Positions 1 to 10,222 of a stretch of DNA of 64,000 bases are shown here, piece by piece. Both the position numbers and the translations under genes were made by a program. Under the pieces are notes generated by a model. That model did no database searches and had not been told where the DNA came from. It saw only the letters and a list, made by a program, of their open reading frames with translations. The stretch is from Naegleria gruberi (taxonomy: Eukaryota), in NCBI GenBank assembly GCA_000004985.1, contig GG738845.1. One strand, 5' to 3'. How positions within the stretch are numbered: position 1 is the stretch's first letter; every line of letters begins with the position of its first letter.

Positions 1-336
1 TGGTTCTTTTTTCAATTCTGGAAGAGGTGCTTGCTTTCTTTTCAATTCTGGAACCTTTTCGTCTTCTTGTTTCTTTTTTTTCTTTTCCAACAATCTAAGA
101 GTACCTTCAAGAGTGTTATCATCATCCTCATCCTCATCCACCATTAATGTATTCTCGCTATCAAGTGATCCTCTTGGAGATATATCCAGCACTCTTGATT
201 TCTGTTTTTTGGATTGAAATATTTCCTCCTCTTCCTCCTTGAGTTCTCTGAAATACTCTTCATCCTCACTATCCATTAAAGCCGAGTAAAGCTCACTCCT
301 AGTTAATTTAGCCTCCGTTGTAGCATTTGCCTTCAT
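1..336 (-). CDS. 5' part of a gene running off the window start (acidic/Lys-rich protein, partial)
   Basis: Minus-strand ATG at 336..334 opens a frame with no stop to position 1. The translation starts MKANATTEAKLTRSELYSALMDSEDEEYFRELKEEEEEIFQSKK... with an acidic/K-rich composition. It is absent from the ORF track because no stop lies in the window. Confidence 0.35.
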   Translation of the reverse strand, partial: MKANATTEAKLTRSELYSALMDSEDEEYFRELKEEEEEIFQSKKQKSRVLDISPRGSLDSENTLMVDEDEDDDNTLEGTLRLLEKKKKKQEDEKVPELKRKQAPLPELKKEP

Positions 337-411
337 TTTTTTACGATTGTTTTTTATAAAGTTGTACCTGTTTTTGGCGCCAAAAATATAAATGAAAAAT
401 TTTAATGAAAA

Positions 412-2069
412 TTACCAACTATCCACATCGGATCCATCAGAGTCATCTTCTGATTGTGGACGTTTTGGTGGAGGGGGCATTTTAGGCAATTCGGTAGCAG
501 CTGAAGAATCTGGTGCTGTCGAGTTTGGGGTAAGATTTGGAGTTGGGACTGGTGGAATAGGTTCTTCTGGTTTCTTTTCCTTCTTTTTCTTCTTTGGTTT
601 TTTTTCATCCTTACTTCCCTCAATGGCATTTCTTCTTAACCCAATTTTTCTGAATAAATCTGTCATCATGTCACCACCTGAAGACTTTTGAGGAGCAGAA
701 GCTTCTTTGGAGGATTCCTTATCACGAATTTTGTTGGCTTTTTTAAGTTTGTTCTTTGAGAAATTTCTAATAGAAGCCAAAAGATCGCTTCTATCACCTC
801 CTCCACTTTCTGTATTCTCATTTTCATCTGTATCATTATCACCAGTACCTTCTGCACTTGGTGTTACGATCGGAATAGAAGGTGGTTGAGGTACGCCACT
901 TGGAGGTGGTGGTACACTACTAGATGACATTACAGGAGGTGGTGGTACATTACCCATAGTGACAGGAGGTGGTGGTACAACGCCTGTAGAGGTAACAGGA
1001 GGTGGTGGTACATTTGTTGGTACAGATGGTATTGATGAAGATGTTGGATCAATTGAAGATGGAACTGCATTTGTGTTGAGAGATGTTGTACTATTGTTAT
1101 TTCCTAAATCTAATGAAGGTAGAGAAGAAGGAGCAATGGATGGCATATTATCTAAAGATAAATCCCACTGGGCTGTATCCACAATATTTGGTAATCCTAA
1201 ATTGGAAGGAAATTCAAACATTGGCAATTCTCTTCTTGTAGGTGCAAATGCCTTAATGTTTTGTTCCTGACTTGCCGAACTTCCCCAATACATATCATAG
1301 ATAGAATCTTTGGACAGAGAAGGAGGAGCTGGATCAATATATAAATTGTTAGCGGAGGCAAAGTCATGATTCTTATCGTTTTTGTTTGATGTTCCTTCCA
1401 TGGCCATCATCATCATTGTGGTATGATAATTTGCCTGAAGAGGATCGGCACCATGATACTTGTGATAAACATTCATATTGGTATTAAAACAAAGTAATTC
1501 ACTAACAGATTGTACATTCTTGAATGGTAGTTTACCTACTCCTTCATCTAATTTCTTTGGAATTTTGTTGTGTGATTGTTTGTTTTGCCTTGTAGGAGAC
1601 TTTTCGAAATGTTCAATAGGATTATATAATTTATGCTAAATTATTTTGTGATGATCAATTTTAAATTTCCAGATTAAAAACTTACATTGAAAAGAATATT
1701 GTTCGGACCAGGATTAAACTTGTGAAACTCCATTTGTTGAATCCCAATTCTGTCACGAGCTGCAAAGGTTGGTGAATATTCTACATTACTGATATCCTTG
1801 TCTGGGTAGTGTGGGCTACTGAGAACTCTGGTTGCTTCATTCTTCCTCTCTTTTTGTACCCATTCTACTGCTTTTTTGCAAACAGCAGCACGTTGTTGCA
1901 CTTTTTGAAGAGTATTTCTTTGCTCGGTGACTTTGTCAGTTATTTTCTGGAATACAGATACACTAATTCTTTCTAGGTGTTCCAAGGAATCCAACATTTG
2001 TTGGATATTTTCAATCCTGTTTTGTTGGTAAACAACAGGAAATTCATAAATATGAGGTATTGCTGACAT
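412..2069 (-). CDS. SCAR/WAVE-family actin nucleation-promoting factor. Two exons, approximately complement(join(412..1635,1686..2069)), with a ~50-nt GTAAGT..TTTAG intron
   Basis: Exon 1 (ORF 1674..2069) carries a SCAR-homology-domain-like segment (..LEHLERISVSVFQKITDK..). The minus-strand GTAAGT donor coincides with the ORF's stop. Exon 2 has a proline-rich region (VPPPPV repeats). It then has WH2 (RSDLLASIRNFSKNKLKKA), connector (DLFRKIGLRRNAIEG) and acidic tail (SEDDSDGSDVDSW*) ending in Trp, the typical V-C-A organisation. Confidence 0.7.
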
Positions 2070-2130
2070 TTTTTTTAATAGATTTTTTTAATGTCTCCGA
2101 GAACGGTGTTGGATTCTCCTTGAAAAATAT

Positions 2131-4713
2131 TTAGGACAAGGTGAAATTACCTGTAGTACAGACAAGCCCTATATCCACTTTTTGATCTTTCTTGACTTTC
2201 CTCAGTCCAGTATCTAGTGGAGGTTTTAATTTTGGTTTTTTCTTATAGCTGGCATTCTCCTCCTTGTGATGTGATTCTTCTGCCGAATTGTTGGGCAGAT
2301 TTGTGGAAATGGAAAGCATCTCACTCATGGAAGCTGGTTGTTTTGTCAGATTAAGATTTTTTACAGCATCGAAAGGATTAACAGTACTAAAATCATACGT
2401 ATCTCTGGGTGCTTCATCTATTTCACTCATAGCACTTCTGTTCAATCCAGAACTTGAGGTATTCTCTTCCAGAACCATTTTTTGGAATTCTGTTACTAGA
2501 CTGTTTCCCTTACTCTTATTTTTCCTTGTTTGATCATGTTGTGAATAATTCTCAGAATTTTCCTTTACATTTGGAGAATATGGGTTAAATAATTTCAGCT
2601 TTGTTTCTGAAAAAGTGGTTGCTAGTGCATATAAACTTTTCTTTGGTTTTGGAATTTTCTTTTTCTGTTTGGACAGTTCCTTTTCAATCATTACATCTTG
2701 AAGATTCCACTTTTTAGTTTGGAGGGTTGGTTCTGATTGCTTCTTGGATGGAGCTGATTGTGGTCTTGAAATTTTTGCTTGTTGCAAAGTTTCTGATATT
2801 TCTGAATTGGAAACAATTGATTGTCTTCTCTCACAATGTTGAGAATTACTGTCATTTTTGTTGTTTGATTTTTGATTACCAAATTTCACTTTTCTGCTTA
2901 CATCATTAGAAAACAGAGTACTATTAAGATGCTCAATTATGTTTAGTTGTTTCAAAATATCTTCCTTATTCTTTTCATGATATTCTAATAAATTAGAGGA
3001 AGTTCTTGTGGTATCAACTAAATTAGGACTAGCCGATCGCAGGGTTGAGTTACTGGGAGTAAGAGAGTTCTTATTTTTTGGTGGAATTTGTGCAGCTTCT
3101 ATCTCAGGTGCTATTCTTGCTGGATGAACGGTGTTCAATACTGCTTGGAGTTGGAATCTTGTCAATCTCTTTCTATGTTCATAAATTCCCTTTAAATTTG
3201 CTTCTTTTTTTCGTGCTTTTTCTTGAGCAATCATAACCTTGTACTTTTTTTTAAGTGTCCACTTTATCTTCACTTTATCCTTATTATTAATTTCAGAAAG
3301 TAGATTGAACATTTGGCATAATATTGAATTTTCGTTAAATAAATCTGGAGATATTCCTTTTTGTTTTGTTAGTTCTCGTTTTGTTGAGCTTCTTCTGTAT
3401 TCTATTGTTGGAGGAATTAACTTTGAAGAGCTTGAAGTCGATGCCACCAACAAGTTATTCGAACTTACACTTCCCAGTATTTTTTCAACCCTTAGCTGAG
3501 AACCACACCTTTGTAATGAGCTCTTCATTGATTCAATTCTTTTTTTAAGGTTTGCTGTGCCTAGCTTTAGTTTATCCCATGTGGTCAAACTTGAAGTTTG
3601 ACTAGAAATTAATTTTTCGCTATCAACTCTTTTAGGAGGCATTTCAGGAAAAGAGTCAATATTCTTCTTATTTGAATTGTAAGTTTTCATACCTTCATAT
3701 TTCACCTTCTTTCTGTCTCTGACATACTCCACATTGTTTGAATTATCAATAAAAATTTTAAGAGTTGATTTCTTCCTTGTCTGATTTTCTATCAATTGCT
3801 CAACCTGCTTTTCTAATGAGTTATTGTTAAAAAACGGCTGCGTTGAGCCTGGTCTAGGATTTTCAGGTTTTCTTTGGGTTGAATAGAGAGTATCCATAGC
3901 TTTCTCCAAATTTTTAATAACATTATTCGATTTAGGTTCTGGAGTATTTGTAATTGGCCTTGAAAGAGGAGCTGATCCTGATCTCTTTGATGTTAAAGTC
4001 CTACTGAAATGAATTCTTTGGTTGATGGCTTTTTGAAGATTGGATTGATTATTTTTGGTTGCTGGATTTGGTTGTTTCAAGGTTCTAAGGGAAGGAGTTG
4101 GTCTTTTTGTTTTGTTATTTACATTATCATAATTTACAGTATTTGAGTTATTTTCAAAAATTGGAATTTTGAATTCGTCTTTGAGCAGGTCTTTGATTAG
4201 TTTGTCTTGTATTTCTTCTAAATGACTACAAGGTAAGGCTTGAGATTGGTCCACAGTACTAAAAGGTTGTGAGTTAGATTCTTTCCCAATTATAGGAGTT
4301 TCAACTTGGTGTAAGCAAATTGGACTTTCCGGCTCTATTACCACTCGGTACGATAGTCTTGAATCGGATGGTTGGTTTACTCTAGGTGATGGGTTTATGG
4401 ATGATGCACCTGAGGAAAGATCATCAAATAAACTGTTTTCAATATCATCAAATTCCATATTTCCATATCGTTGATTTACTCCTCTATGTACAAATAATTT
4501 GTTATGGTTATGATGATGTGGCTGATGAAATAATTTAATGTTATCTATAATAATAAACTCGGAGGAACAACCTGTTGAAGGTTGGTTAATTATGGGAATT
4601 GGTGATTGTGGAGGTATCCCAATCACAATACTATCAAAATCTCCAGTTGGATAAGGACAATCACTAAAACCCCCTCCTTCTCTGAATGCATTTATGGAGG
4701 GGTTTAATGACAT
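2131..4713 (-). CDS. Large Ser/Asn/Lys-rich low-complexity protein of unknown function
   Basis: Long uninterrupted minus-strand ORF. The track start at 4740 is GTG, and the first ATG is at 4713 (MSLNPSINAF..). No recognisable domain. Compositionally biased (S/N/K/T). Confidence 0.4.
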   Translation of the reverse strand: MSLNPSINAFREGGGFSDCPYPTGDFDSIVIGIPPQSPIPIINQPSTGCSSEFIIIDNIKLFHQPHHHNHNKLFVHRGVNQRYGNMEFDDIENSLFDDLSSGASSINPSPRVNQPSDSRLSYRVVIEPESPICLHQVETPIIGKESNSQPFSTVDQSQALPCSHLEEIQDKLIKDLLKDEFKIPIFENNSNTVNYDNVNNKTKRPTPSLRTLKQPNPATKNNQSNLQKAINQRIHFSRTLTSKRSGSAPLSRPITNTPEPKSNNVIKNLEKAMDTLYSTQRKPENPRPGSTQPFFNNNSLEKQVEQLIENQTRKKSTLKIFIDNSNNVEYVRDRKKVKYEGMKTYNSNKKNIDSFPEMPPKRVDSEKLISSQTSSLTTWDKLKLGTANLKKRIESMKSSLQRCGSQLRVEKILGSVSSNNLLVASTSSSSKLIPPTIEYRRSSTKRELTKQKGISPDLFNENSILCQMFNLLSEINNKDKVKIKWTLKKKYKVMIAQEKARKKEANLKGIYEHRKRLTRFQLQAVLNTVHPARIAPEIEAAQIPPKNKNSLTPSNSTLRSASPNLVDTTRTSSNLLEYHEKNKEDILKQLNIIEHLNSTLFSNDVSRKVKFGNQKSNNKNDSNSQHCERRQSIVSNSEISETLQQAKISRPQSAPSKKQSEPTLQTKKWNLQDVMIEKELSKQKKKIPKPKKSLYALATTFSETKLKLFNPYSPNVKENSENYSQHDQTRKNKSKGNSLVTEFQKMVLEENTSSSGLNRSAMSEIDEAPRDTYDFSTVNPFDAVKNLNLTKQPASMSEMLSISTNLPNNSAEESHHKEENASYKKKPKLKPPLDTGLRKVKKDQKVDIGLVCTTGNFTLS

Positions 4714-4778
4714 CTTTTTTTTAATGTTTTTTACAAACACAAAAACAGTTTTAATTTTGGCGCCAAAATTTAATTACA

Positions 4779-6812
4779 TCAATTTTTCTGTGCTTCAAAA
4801 ACAAGAGACAATAATACCTTTACCCATTCATCTCTCTTTTCAATTTCATGTTCAATAATTTCAAAGTTTAAAATTACAGTAGGGGAAATAATAGAGAAGG
4901 TAAGTTGCTCTCTCTTGATTTCTCCATATTCTATTAAGGTTTTTGTTTGGAATCCTGGAAGAATATCTACTATATCTTTTAGGTTCAAAACAATCTCTTC
5001 ACCATTCATCATGTTTAGTACAAGCACCTTCCTGTCTGACTTTAGAGATATATTGGATCTTCTTAGAGGATTTGCCATCTCTCCTGTTTCTTCAATTAGA
5101 ACGAACAACTTTTCAGCGTCTAACTTGTCAAGATATGGAATTCTATTATCTTGTTTTCTTTTAAGATTATGATGGAATGGTGAAGACAAAACAGTTTGAT
5201 AACCAACTCGTAAGATTTCATGATTTGATTGTATCTCTTCAAATTTCTTCAAATTTGGAATAACTGAATCAGAGTATGATGATATAATTTTCTTTTTTGT
5301 TTCTAACCATTTGTATTCCAAGTCCTTTTCTTTGAGATCGTTTTTGAGTTTTAATAACTCGTTAACATTGATAACTTTAGGAGGTTCTGGTACATCAGAA
5401 AGTAAATTTTCAAACCTAGATTTGACTAAGTATTCATCATTAAGAGGCCTTTTTGGTTTTGAACTTTCCAAACTTTGTACTTCATATGGATAATCATCAT
5501 ATGGATTGCTATCTATCATTTCAATTATATCTGAAACATCTTCTCCAATGAGAGAGGATACTTTGTGAATGGCTTTCTTTAAAATTTCCTCCTTTGTCTT
5601 GTTGAGCTTTAAGATTCTCATCATTTCTACATATTCATACAATTTTTCATCTTGGCTTTGCTTCTTTTGTTCTGAAAGGAATTGGTTGATTACCTTTTCA
5701 CTAATACATTGATCTTTAAGTGATTCTGATCCAATAATATTATTAAATGATGGAGTGAAACCTTTAGCCATTTCAATAAATTGGTTAGTCATGTCAATTT
5801 CAGCTTTAACTTTTCTCAGCATGAAATGTTCAGCAGTTCCATAACGATTTTGCTTTTTCTTTTGAAGTTGTTTCTTCTTCTCTTCGTCTGATACTGATTT
5901 TCTCTTTGCAGAATTATTGTTAAATTCTTCTAAATCTTGCTCGTGCTCTTTTAAAATTTTTTGCTCATGCTGGGAAAGGAGCTTTTCAGCTTGTTTAAGG
6001 AAATAATCTTCTGCCAACTTTTGAGCTTCTAACATGGCTTCCAGTTTGTAAATATCCTCAACCAAGGAGTCATGCTCCCTATATTTTTCATCCAAAGAAG
6101 GTCCACCTATTTCAGAATCTCTAGATTTTCTTAATTGTTCAAAACTTTCTCTAGACTCATTGTATTTTTGTTTTGTTTCTTGCAACTTTACATCTACAGA
6201 TTGAATTTTTTTTTCCAGTTCTTCCTCTTCCTTTCTGTATTGGTCTTTTACTTTAGCTAACTCGGCTTCCCATTTTTCAACTTCTTTTTTAAGCTCGGCT
6301 TCTTTTTCCAAGTATTCTTTTTCTGTTGTGACTAACTGCTTCGTTTTTTGATTGAATTCTTTCTTTTTCTCTCTCTGAGTTTCAAGTGCTTGTTCTTTTC
6401 TTTTTCTAAGGGTATCAATTTCAGTGTGAAGATTTTCAATTTTAACTAGCATGTCCCTCTTCTTTTGTTGAAGATTATCAAACTCTTGTTGTGCTTGCGC
6501 AAGTTCTTTACAGCTATTTTTATATTGATCCTTAATTTCAGTAGAATTTTTAGACAATTCCTTCTCTTTTCTTTTCCTATCGGCAATATTTTCCTTTGCA
6601 ATCTCAATCTCGGCTGTTAATTCTTTTTCAATTTTATCATTTTCGTTGAGCTCTTTCTGTAGTAAGGACTGATGTTTTTTCATCTCATAAATCTCCTTTT
6701 CTTGAAGATCAAATTCATTCTTAACTTGTATCTTCTTCATTTCTAGCTCCTTTTTCAACTCTTCCAGCGTGGTAGCTTGGGAGCCAAAAGATTGAAGCAT
6801 ATCTACAGACAT
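4779..6812 (-). CDS. Coiled-coil protein with a C-terminal PH-like domain
   Basis: 677-aa ORF with a true ATG at 6812. The N-terminal ~350 aa are heptad-rich E/K/Q coiled coil. The C-terminal ~120 aa (..RKVLVLNMMNGEEIVLNLKD...EHEIEKRDEWVKVLLSLVFEA) resemble a PH domain with a terminal Trp-containing helix. Confidence 0.5.
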   Translation of the reverse strand: MSVDMLQSFGSQATTLEELKKELEMKKIQVKNEFDLQEKEIYEMKKHQSLLQKELNENDKIEKELTAEIEIAKENIADRKRKEKELSKNSTEIKDQYKNSCKELAQAQQEFDNLQQKKRDMLVKIENLHTEIDTLRKRKEQALETQREKKKEFNQKTKQLVTTEKEYLEKEAELKKEVEKWEAELAKVKDQYRKEEEELEKKIQSVDVKLQETKQKYNESRESFEQLRKSRDSEIGGPSLDEKYREHDSLVEDIYKLEAMLEAQKLAEDYFLKQAEKLLSQHEQKILKEHEQDLEEFNNNSAKRKSVSDEEKKKQLQKKKQNRYGTAEHFMLRKVKAEIDMTNQFIEMAKGFTPSFNNIIGSESLKDQCISEKVINQFLSEQKKQSQDEKLYEYVEMMRILKLNKTKEEILKKAIHKVSSLIGEDVSDIIEMIDSNPYDDYPYEVQSLESSKPKRPLNDEYLVKSRFENLLSDVPEPPKVINVNELLKLKNDLKEKDLEYKWLETKKKIISSYSDSVIPNLKKFEEIQSNHEILRVGYQTVLSSPFHHNLKRKQDNRIPYLDKLDAEKLFVLIEETGEMANPLRRSNISLKSDRKVLVLNMMNGEEIVLNLKDIVDILPGFQTKTLIEYGEIKREQLTFSIISPTVILNFEIIEHEIEKRDEWVKVLLSLVFEAQKN

Positions 6813-6946
6813 TTTTTTTTACTGAGTAAATAAATGATCATCACAGTATGTTCAATATTACTTTTGTTTTAATACTTGCGAAATAGTAGTAATAAGTAAT
6901 TGCTATTAATTTACCTTAGGTTTGCTTTTTTAAATACGTATCATAA

Positions 6947-8593
6947 ATGGCTAAAACATTAAACTCTAAAAAAATGTCTTTACTTCGGCTCAACACCTCT
7001 CTCTATGGTAGCCGCAACTTCCGATACTTCATCGTGATGTTGTCACCATTACAAACGGTACAAACTATATCTAGGAGCTATTCAACAACACCAAACATTG
7101 ATAGACGGGCACATGCTGTTGAAAGTGTTCAAAATACATACATCAAACAACAACAACTTCTTGAAACATACAGAATAAGATTTAAAAAAATATATCCAAC
7201 AAATTACGATGATATGCTGGCCAAATTTGAAGTATTTTTTGGGGAGTGCAAAGATGTAGGAGATTATGAGAAGGAATTAGAAAGAATTTTAATAGAATTA
7301 TTTATTTTAAAAGATAAAAAGAAATATTTGCAAATGAAGGCTCTATTCCACAATGAATTTATTCCTATTTTTACAAAAAACAAGAAAGAAATTATACAAA
7401 AAATCAACTATGAATTGCAAAACAGAATACACAATATGAATATTATCCCAAGATTACATTACGTAATTATTAATGAATATTTGAATGCCATTTTAAAACT
7501 TGGATTACACACTAAAGCCATTAATACACTTAGAATCCTTGACGATGGAAAATATTTCCCTACACATATGCACGTGTCCACTGTAATTAGGTCAATAACA
7601 AAGGATCCAACTAGAACTTTAGAAGCTGCAGAACTCTTGGAACATTTCAAGTATACATATAGAACAGACAGATACTCCACTTTTGCCAACCAATACTCAG
7701 AGTCTTGTCTATGCGTTTTACATGGATTTGATCTAGCTGGTTCATATAATGAGGCAATTGATTTTGTGTTGAGAAATGATATTTTAAAGTTTGTAGAACA
7801 GACGAGATGTGGAAAACTATTGGCCAAAATATTGTCTATTCTATTGAGACAAAAAAATTTTACATTATTCAATCAACTCAAGTCTAAATACCTCGAAAAC
7901 ATTTTCTCTTCAGATTATCCCTTCATTAAGTCAAAAGATAGATTATTGTATGTCTTGATTAACTATCATTCTTTGCTTGGAGAAGTAGACCAAACAACTC
8001 AGTTACTGTCAAAGGTAGAAATGCGAGATTCAAAGCTATATCTTTCAGTAGTTAAACAACTTTACACTAAGAAGTCAGCAGAGTTTCTAGAAAAATTCAT
8101 ATTTGAAGCTATACCACCTATTTACAGAAATAATTACCATTTGGGCTATCTTATTAGAAAATTAGTAGATGAGAAACAATATGAAAAGGCAAAGCAAATT
8201 TTTATATCAATACCCCATAATGAAAGAACATATATTTTATGTGATCAATACCTAAGAGGACTTTATATGGAAAAGAATCCAAAACAAAATATCATCGAGG
8301 CTCTCACCATTTACGAAGAGTTGGTAAAAACCAAGCAAGAAACTGAAAGCCTTATCTATACAAATGTTTGTGCTTACTATGTAATGCAAATACTCTATGA
8401 TGGAGGATTTAATGTTCAATTAGAATCTTTTTTCAACAACCTTGGTACTGTCACAATACCTCAATTAATGTTGATGGCAAAGTACTATTTGGAAGTAAAT
8501 AATATTGAGAAAGTTGAAATGTGCAGAGAAGAAATTAAAAAGGTAAGGCCTCTAGCCCAAAACTTTAGAGAGTACATGACAATAAGCAATTAG
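6947..8593 (+). CDS. Helical-repeat protein (possibly organellar). Product unknown
   Basis: 548-aa ORF. ATG at 6947 is preceded by an A-rich context. The N-terminus (MAKTLNSKKMSLLRLNTSLYGSRNFRYF) is presequence-like. The body is predicted all-alpha with degenerate ~35-40 aa repeats. Confidence 0.5.
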   Translation: MAKTLNSKKMSLLRLNTSLYGSRNFRYFIVMLSPLQTVQTISRSYSTTPNIDRRAHAVESVQNTYIKQQQLLETYRIRFKKIYPTNYDDMLAKFEVFFGECKDVGDYEKELERILIELFILKDKKKYLQMKALFHNEFIPIFTKNKKEIIQKINYELQNRIHNMNIIPRLHYVIINEYLNAILKLGLHTKAINTLRILDDGKYFPTHMHVSTVIRSITKDPTRTLEAAELLEHFKYTYRTDRYSTFANQYSESCLCVLHGFDLAGSYNEAIDFVLRNDILKFVEQTRCGKLLAKILSILLRQKNFTLFNQLKSKYLENIFSSDYPFIKSKDRLLYVLINYHSLLGEVDQTTQLLSKVEMRDSKLYLSVVKQLYTKKSAEFLEKFIFEAIPPIYRNNYHLGYLIRKLVDEKQYEKAKQIFISIPHNERTYILCDQYLRGLYMEKNPKQNIIEALTIYEELVKTKQETESLIYTNVCAYYVMQILYDGGFNVQLESFFNNLGTVTIPQLMLMAKYYLEVNNIEKVEMCREEIKKVRPLAQNFREYMTISN

Positions 8594-8771
8594 ATTTATT
8601 ATTTGGAATTTTTAATCATAAACGGTGTCATTTCTGGCAAAATACAAGCTATTTAATTGCTATTTTTCTTCTCTGATTGACCACCTATTTAAAAGAAAAC
8701 AGTTCATGTGAATAATTATGACTGGCTTAAAAATCAATTTGAATGATTTCAATATAATTTTATACATATGA

Positions 8772-10130
8772 TTACAAATATTGGTGAGGAAAAGCAGATT
8801 TTGAGGCACTTTCAATCTCTGCTCTCAATTCCTCAGGTAAAATAGCAAGATCTTTCTTTGACAATACACCTTTTGGTAAATATTTGAGAATTTTCGCAGC
8901 ATGTTCTTTGATAAGTTTTGCCTTTTCTTGTTCCACCATTCGTTGTTTTTCTTCTGCTCTTTGTATTTCCTTATTCTGTTCAAGAATTAACTGTTGTCTC
9001 TCCATCTCCTTCATTTGAGTTCTTTGGTTCAAGTAATCTTCAACATCCCTTCTAAACTCGGCCATTTTCATTCTCTTCTTTTGGGCACTCATCTGAGCAA
9101 CTTTTTCGTCTTCCTCGAATTTCTGAATAAGTAATTGTCTAAATGCCTCTTCATGCAGTTTTTCTTCTTGAATTCTGTTTTGTTTTAACATTAATTGTTC
9201 ATGATTTACCCTTAACATATCTGATTTTTGTTGTTGCTTTCTCTCTGATTCCTCAATCTCTTTAAGCCTTTCTCTCTCTTTCTTTTCTTCAGCATAAAGT
9301 TCATTAAGAAGCTCTTCAGTTTCTTCCATGAGTCTTCTTTGATTTTCAAGTTCCTTTGATTGTATTTCCAAAAGTTTGTCTCTTCTCTCTTGAACTGTTG
9401 CTTTTTTGAGTTTTTCTTCCTCTTCTCGCATTTGCAGGTATTTTTGGTATTGTATAATGCTTTGTTCTTCGAGGTCTTTCTGCCTTTTTTCTCTATCCTT
9501 TGATGACTGTCTTGCTTCCTTAAACTCGTCAATAAATGTTTGAACCATCTTCTTCTTTTCAAAACGTTCTTTCATTTCTCGGTCCTCTTCTTCCATAACT
9601 CTCTTTGTAATAGCATCAATCATTTCCTTATCTCTTAAATACTCGAGATAGGCCATTTCTTTTTCTCTTTCCTTTTCTTCCATTTGCTCTTGCAACTTTT
9701 GTTTGGCCAAAAGGTTTTGGGCTTTCCTTTGCTCCTCAATGTCATTAAGTTGTTGGATAATCTTTTGTCTTTCTCTTTCCATATCGGACTCTTGCTGCTT
9801 TTCAAATTCCCTGTGCTTTTGAGCAATATCTTCTTTATGTTTGAGTTGTCGGTCTCTCTCAACATTGACGTATGCTGTTCTAAGTTTCATCTCTAAAATT
9901 CTAATCTCTTCACTCTCCAATCTAACTTGTTGGATAGCTTTTTCGCTTCTTAATTGTTCATTCTTTTTTCTTTGAATGTTTTGATTGATGAGCTCATCCT
10001 GTTTTTTTAATTTTTCTCTTAACATCCTTTCTTTCAACTCCATCTCCTTCATCTTTTCTTCTTGCGCAGCCTTTTGGGTGGCGAGGAGCTTGTTTCTCTG
10101 TCTGACTCTTTGTAGTTGTTCGTCGTTCAT
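8772..10130 (-). CDS. MNS1: MNS1-like axonemal coiled-coil protein (TPH-domain family)
   Basis: 452-aa E/R/K/Q-rich ORF. The C-terminus (..LIKEHAAKILKYLPKGVLSKKDLAILPEELRAE..) closely matches the conserved MNS1 C-terminal motif (LLKEHATNLLGYLPKGVFKKEDDIDLLGEEF). An internal 'LRTAYVNVERDRQ' matches MNS1 'LKAAYMNKERAAQ'. Confidence 0.7.
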   Translation of the reverse strand: MNDEQLQRVRQRNKLLATQKAAQEEKMKEMELKERMLREKLKKQDELINQNIQRKKNEQLRSEKAIQQVRLESEEIRILEMKLRTAYVNVERDRQLKHKEDIAQKHREFEKQQESDMERERQKIIQQLNDIEEQRKAQNLLAKQKLQEQMEEKEREKEMAYLEYLRDKEMIDAITKRVMEEEDREMKERFEKKKMVQTFIDEFKEARQSSKDREKRQKDLEEQSIIQYQKYLQMREEEEKLKKATVQERRDKLLEIQSKELENQRRLMEETEELLNELYAEEKKERERLKEIEESERKQQQKSDMLRVNHEQLMLKQNRIQEEKLHEEAFRQLLIQKFEEDEKVAQMSAQKKRMKMAEFRRDVEDYLNQRTQMKEMERQQLILEQNKEIQRAEEKQRMVEQEKAKLIKEHAAKILKYLPKGVLSKKDLAILPEELRAEIESASKSAFPHQYL

Positions 10131-10222
10131 TTTTTTTGTATGTTTTTATGATGTTGTTCAATCCTATGGCGGGAAATGTGTAGATGTTGGCGGGAAAATT
10201 ATGAGTGATATGTTTCTTTGTC

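Noticed and set aside
392-691. Plus-strand ORF (99 aa) and other short ORFs antisense to long genes (for example 7459..7872, 9212..9562, 9985..10452, 31040..31543, 35489..36010, 56757..57173)
   Set aside because: They lie entirely inside or antisense to strongly supported long genes. They have low-complexity composition mirroring the sense strand's codon bias and have no start-codon context. They are typical shadow ORFs in AT-rich, compositionally biased DNA.
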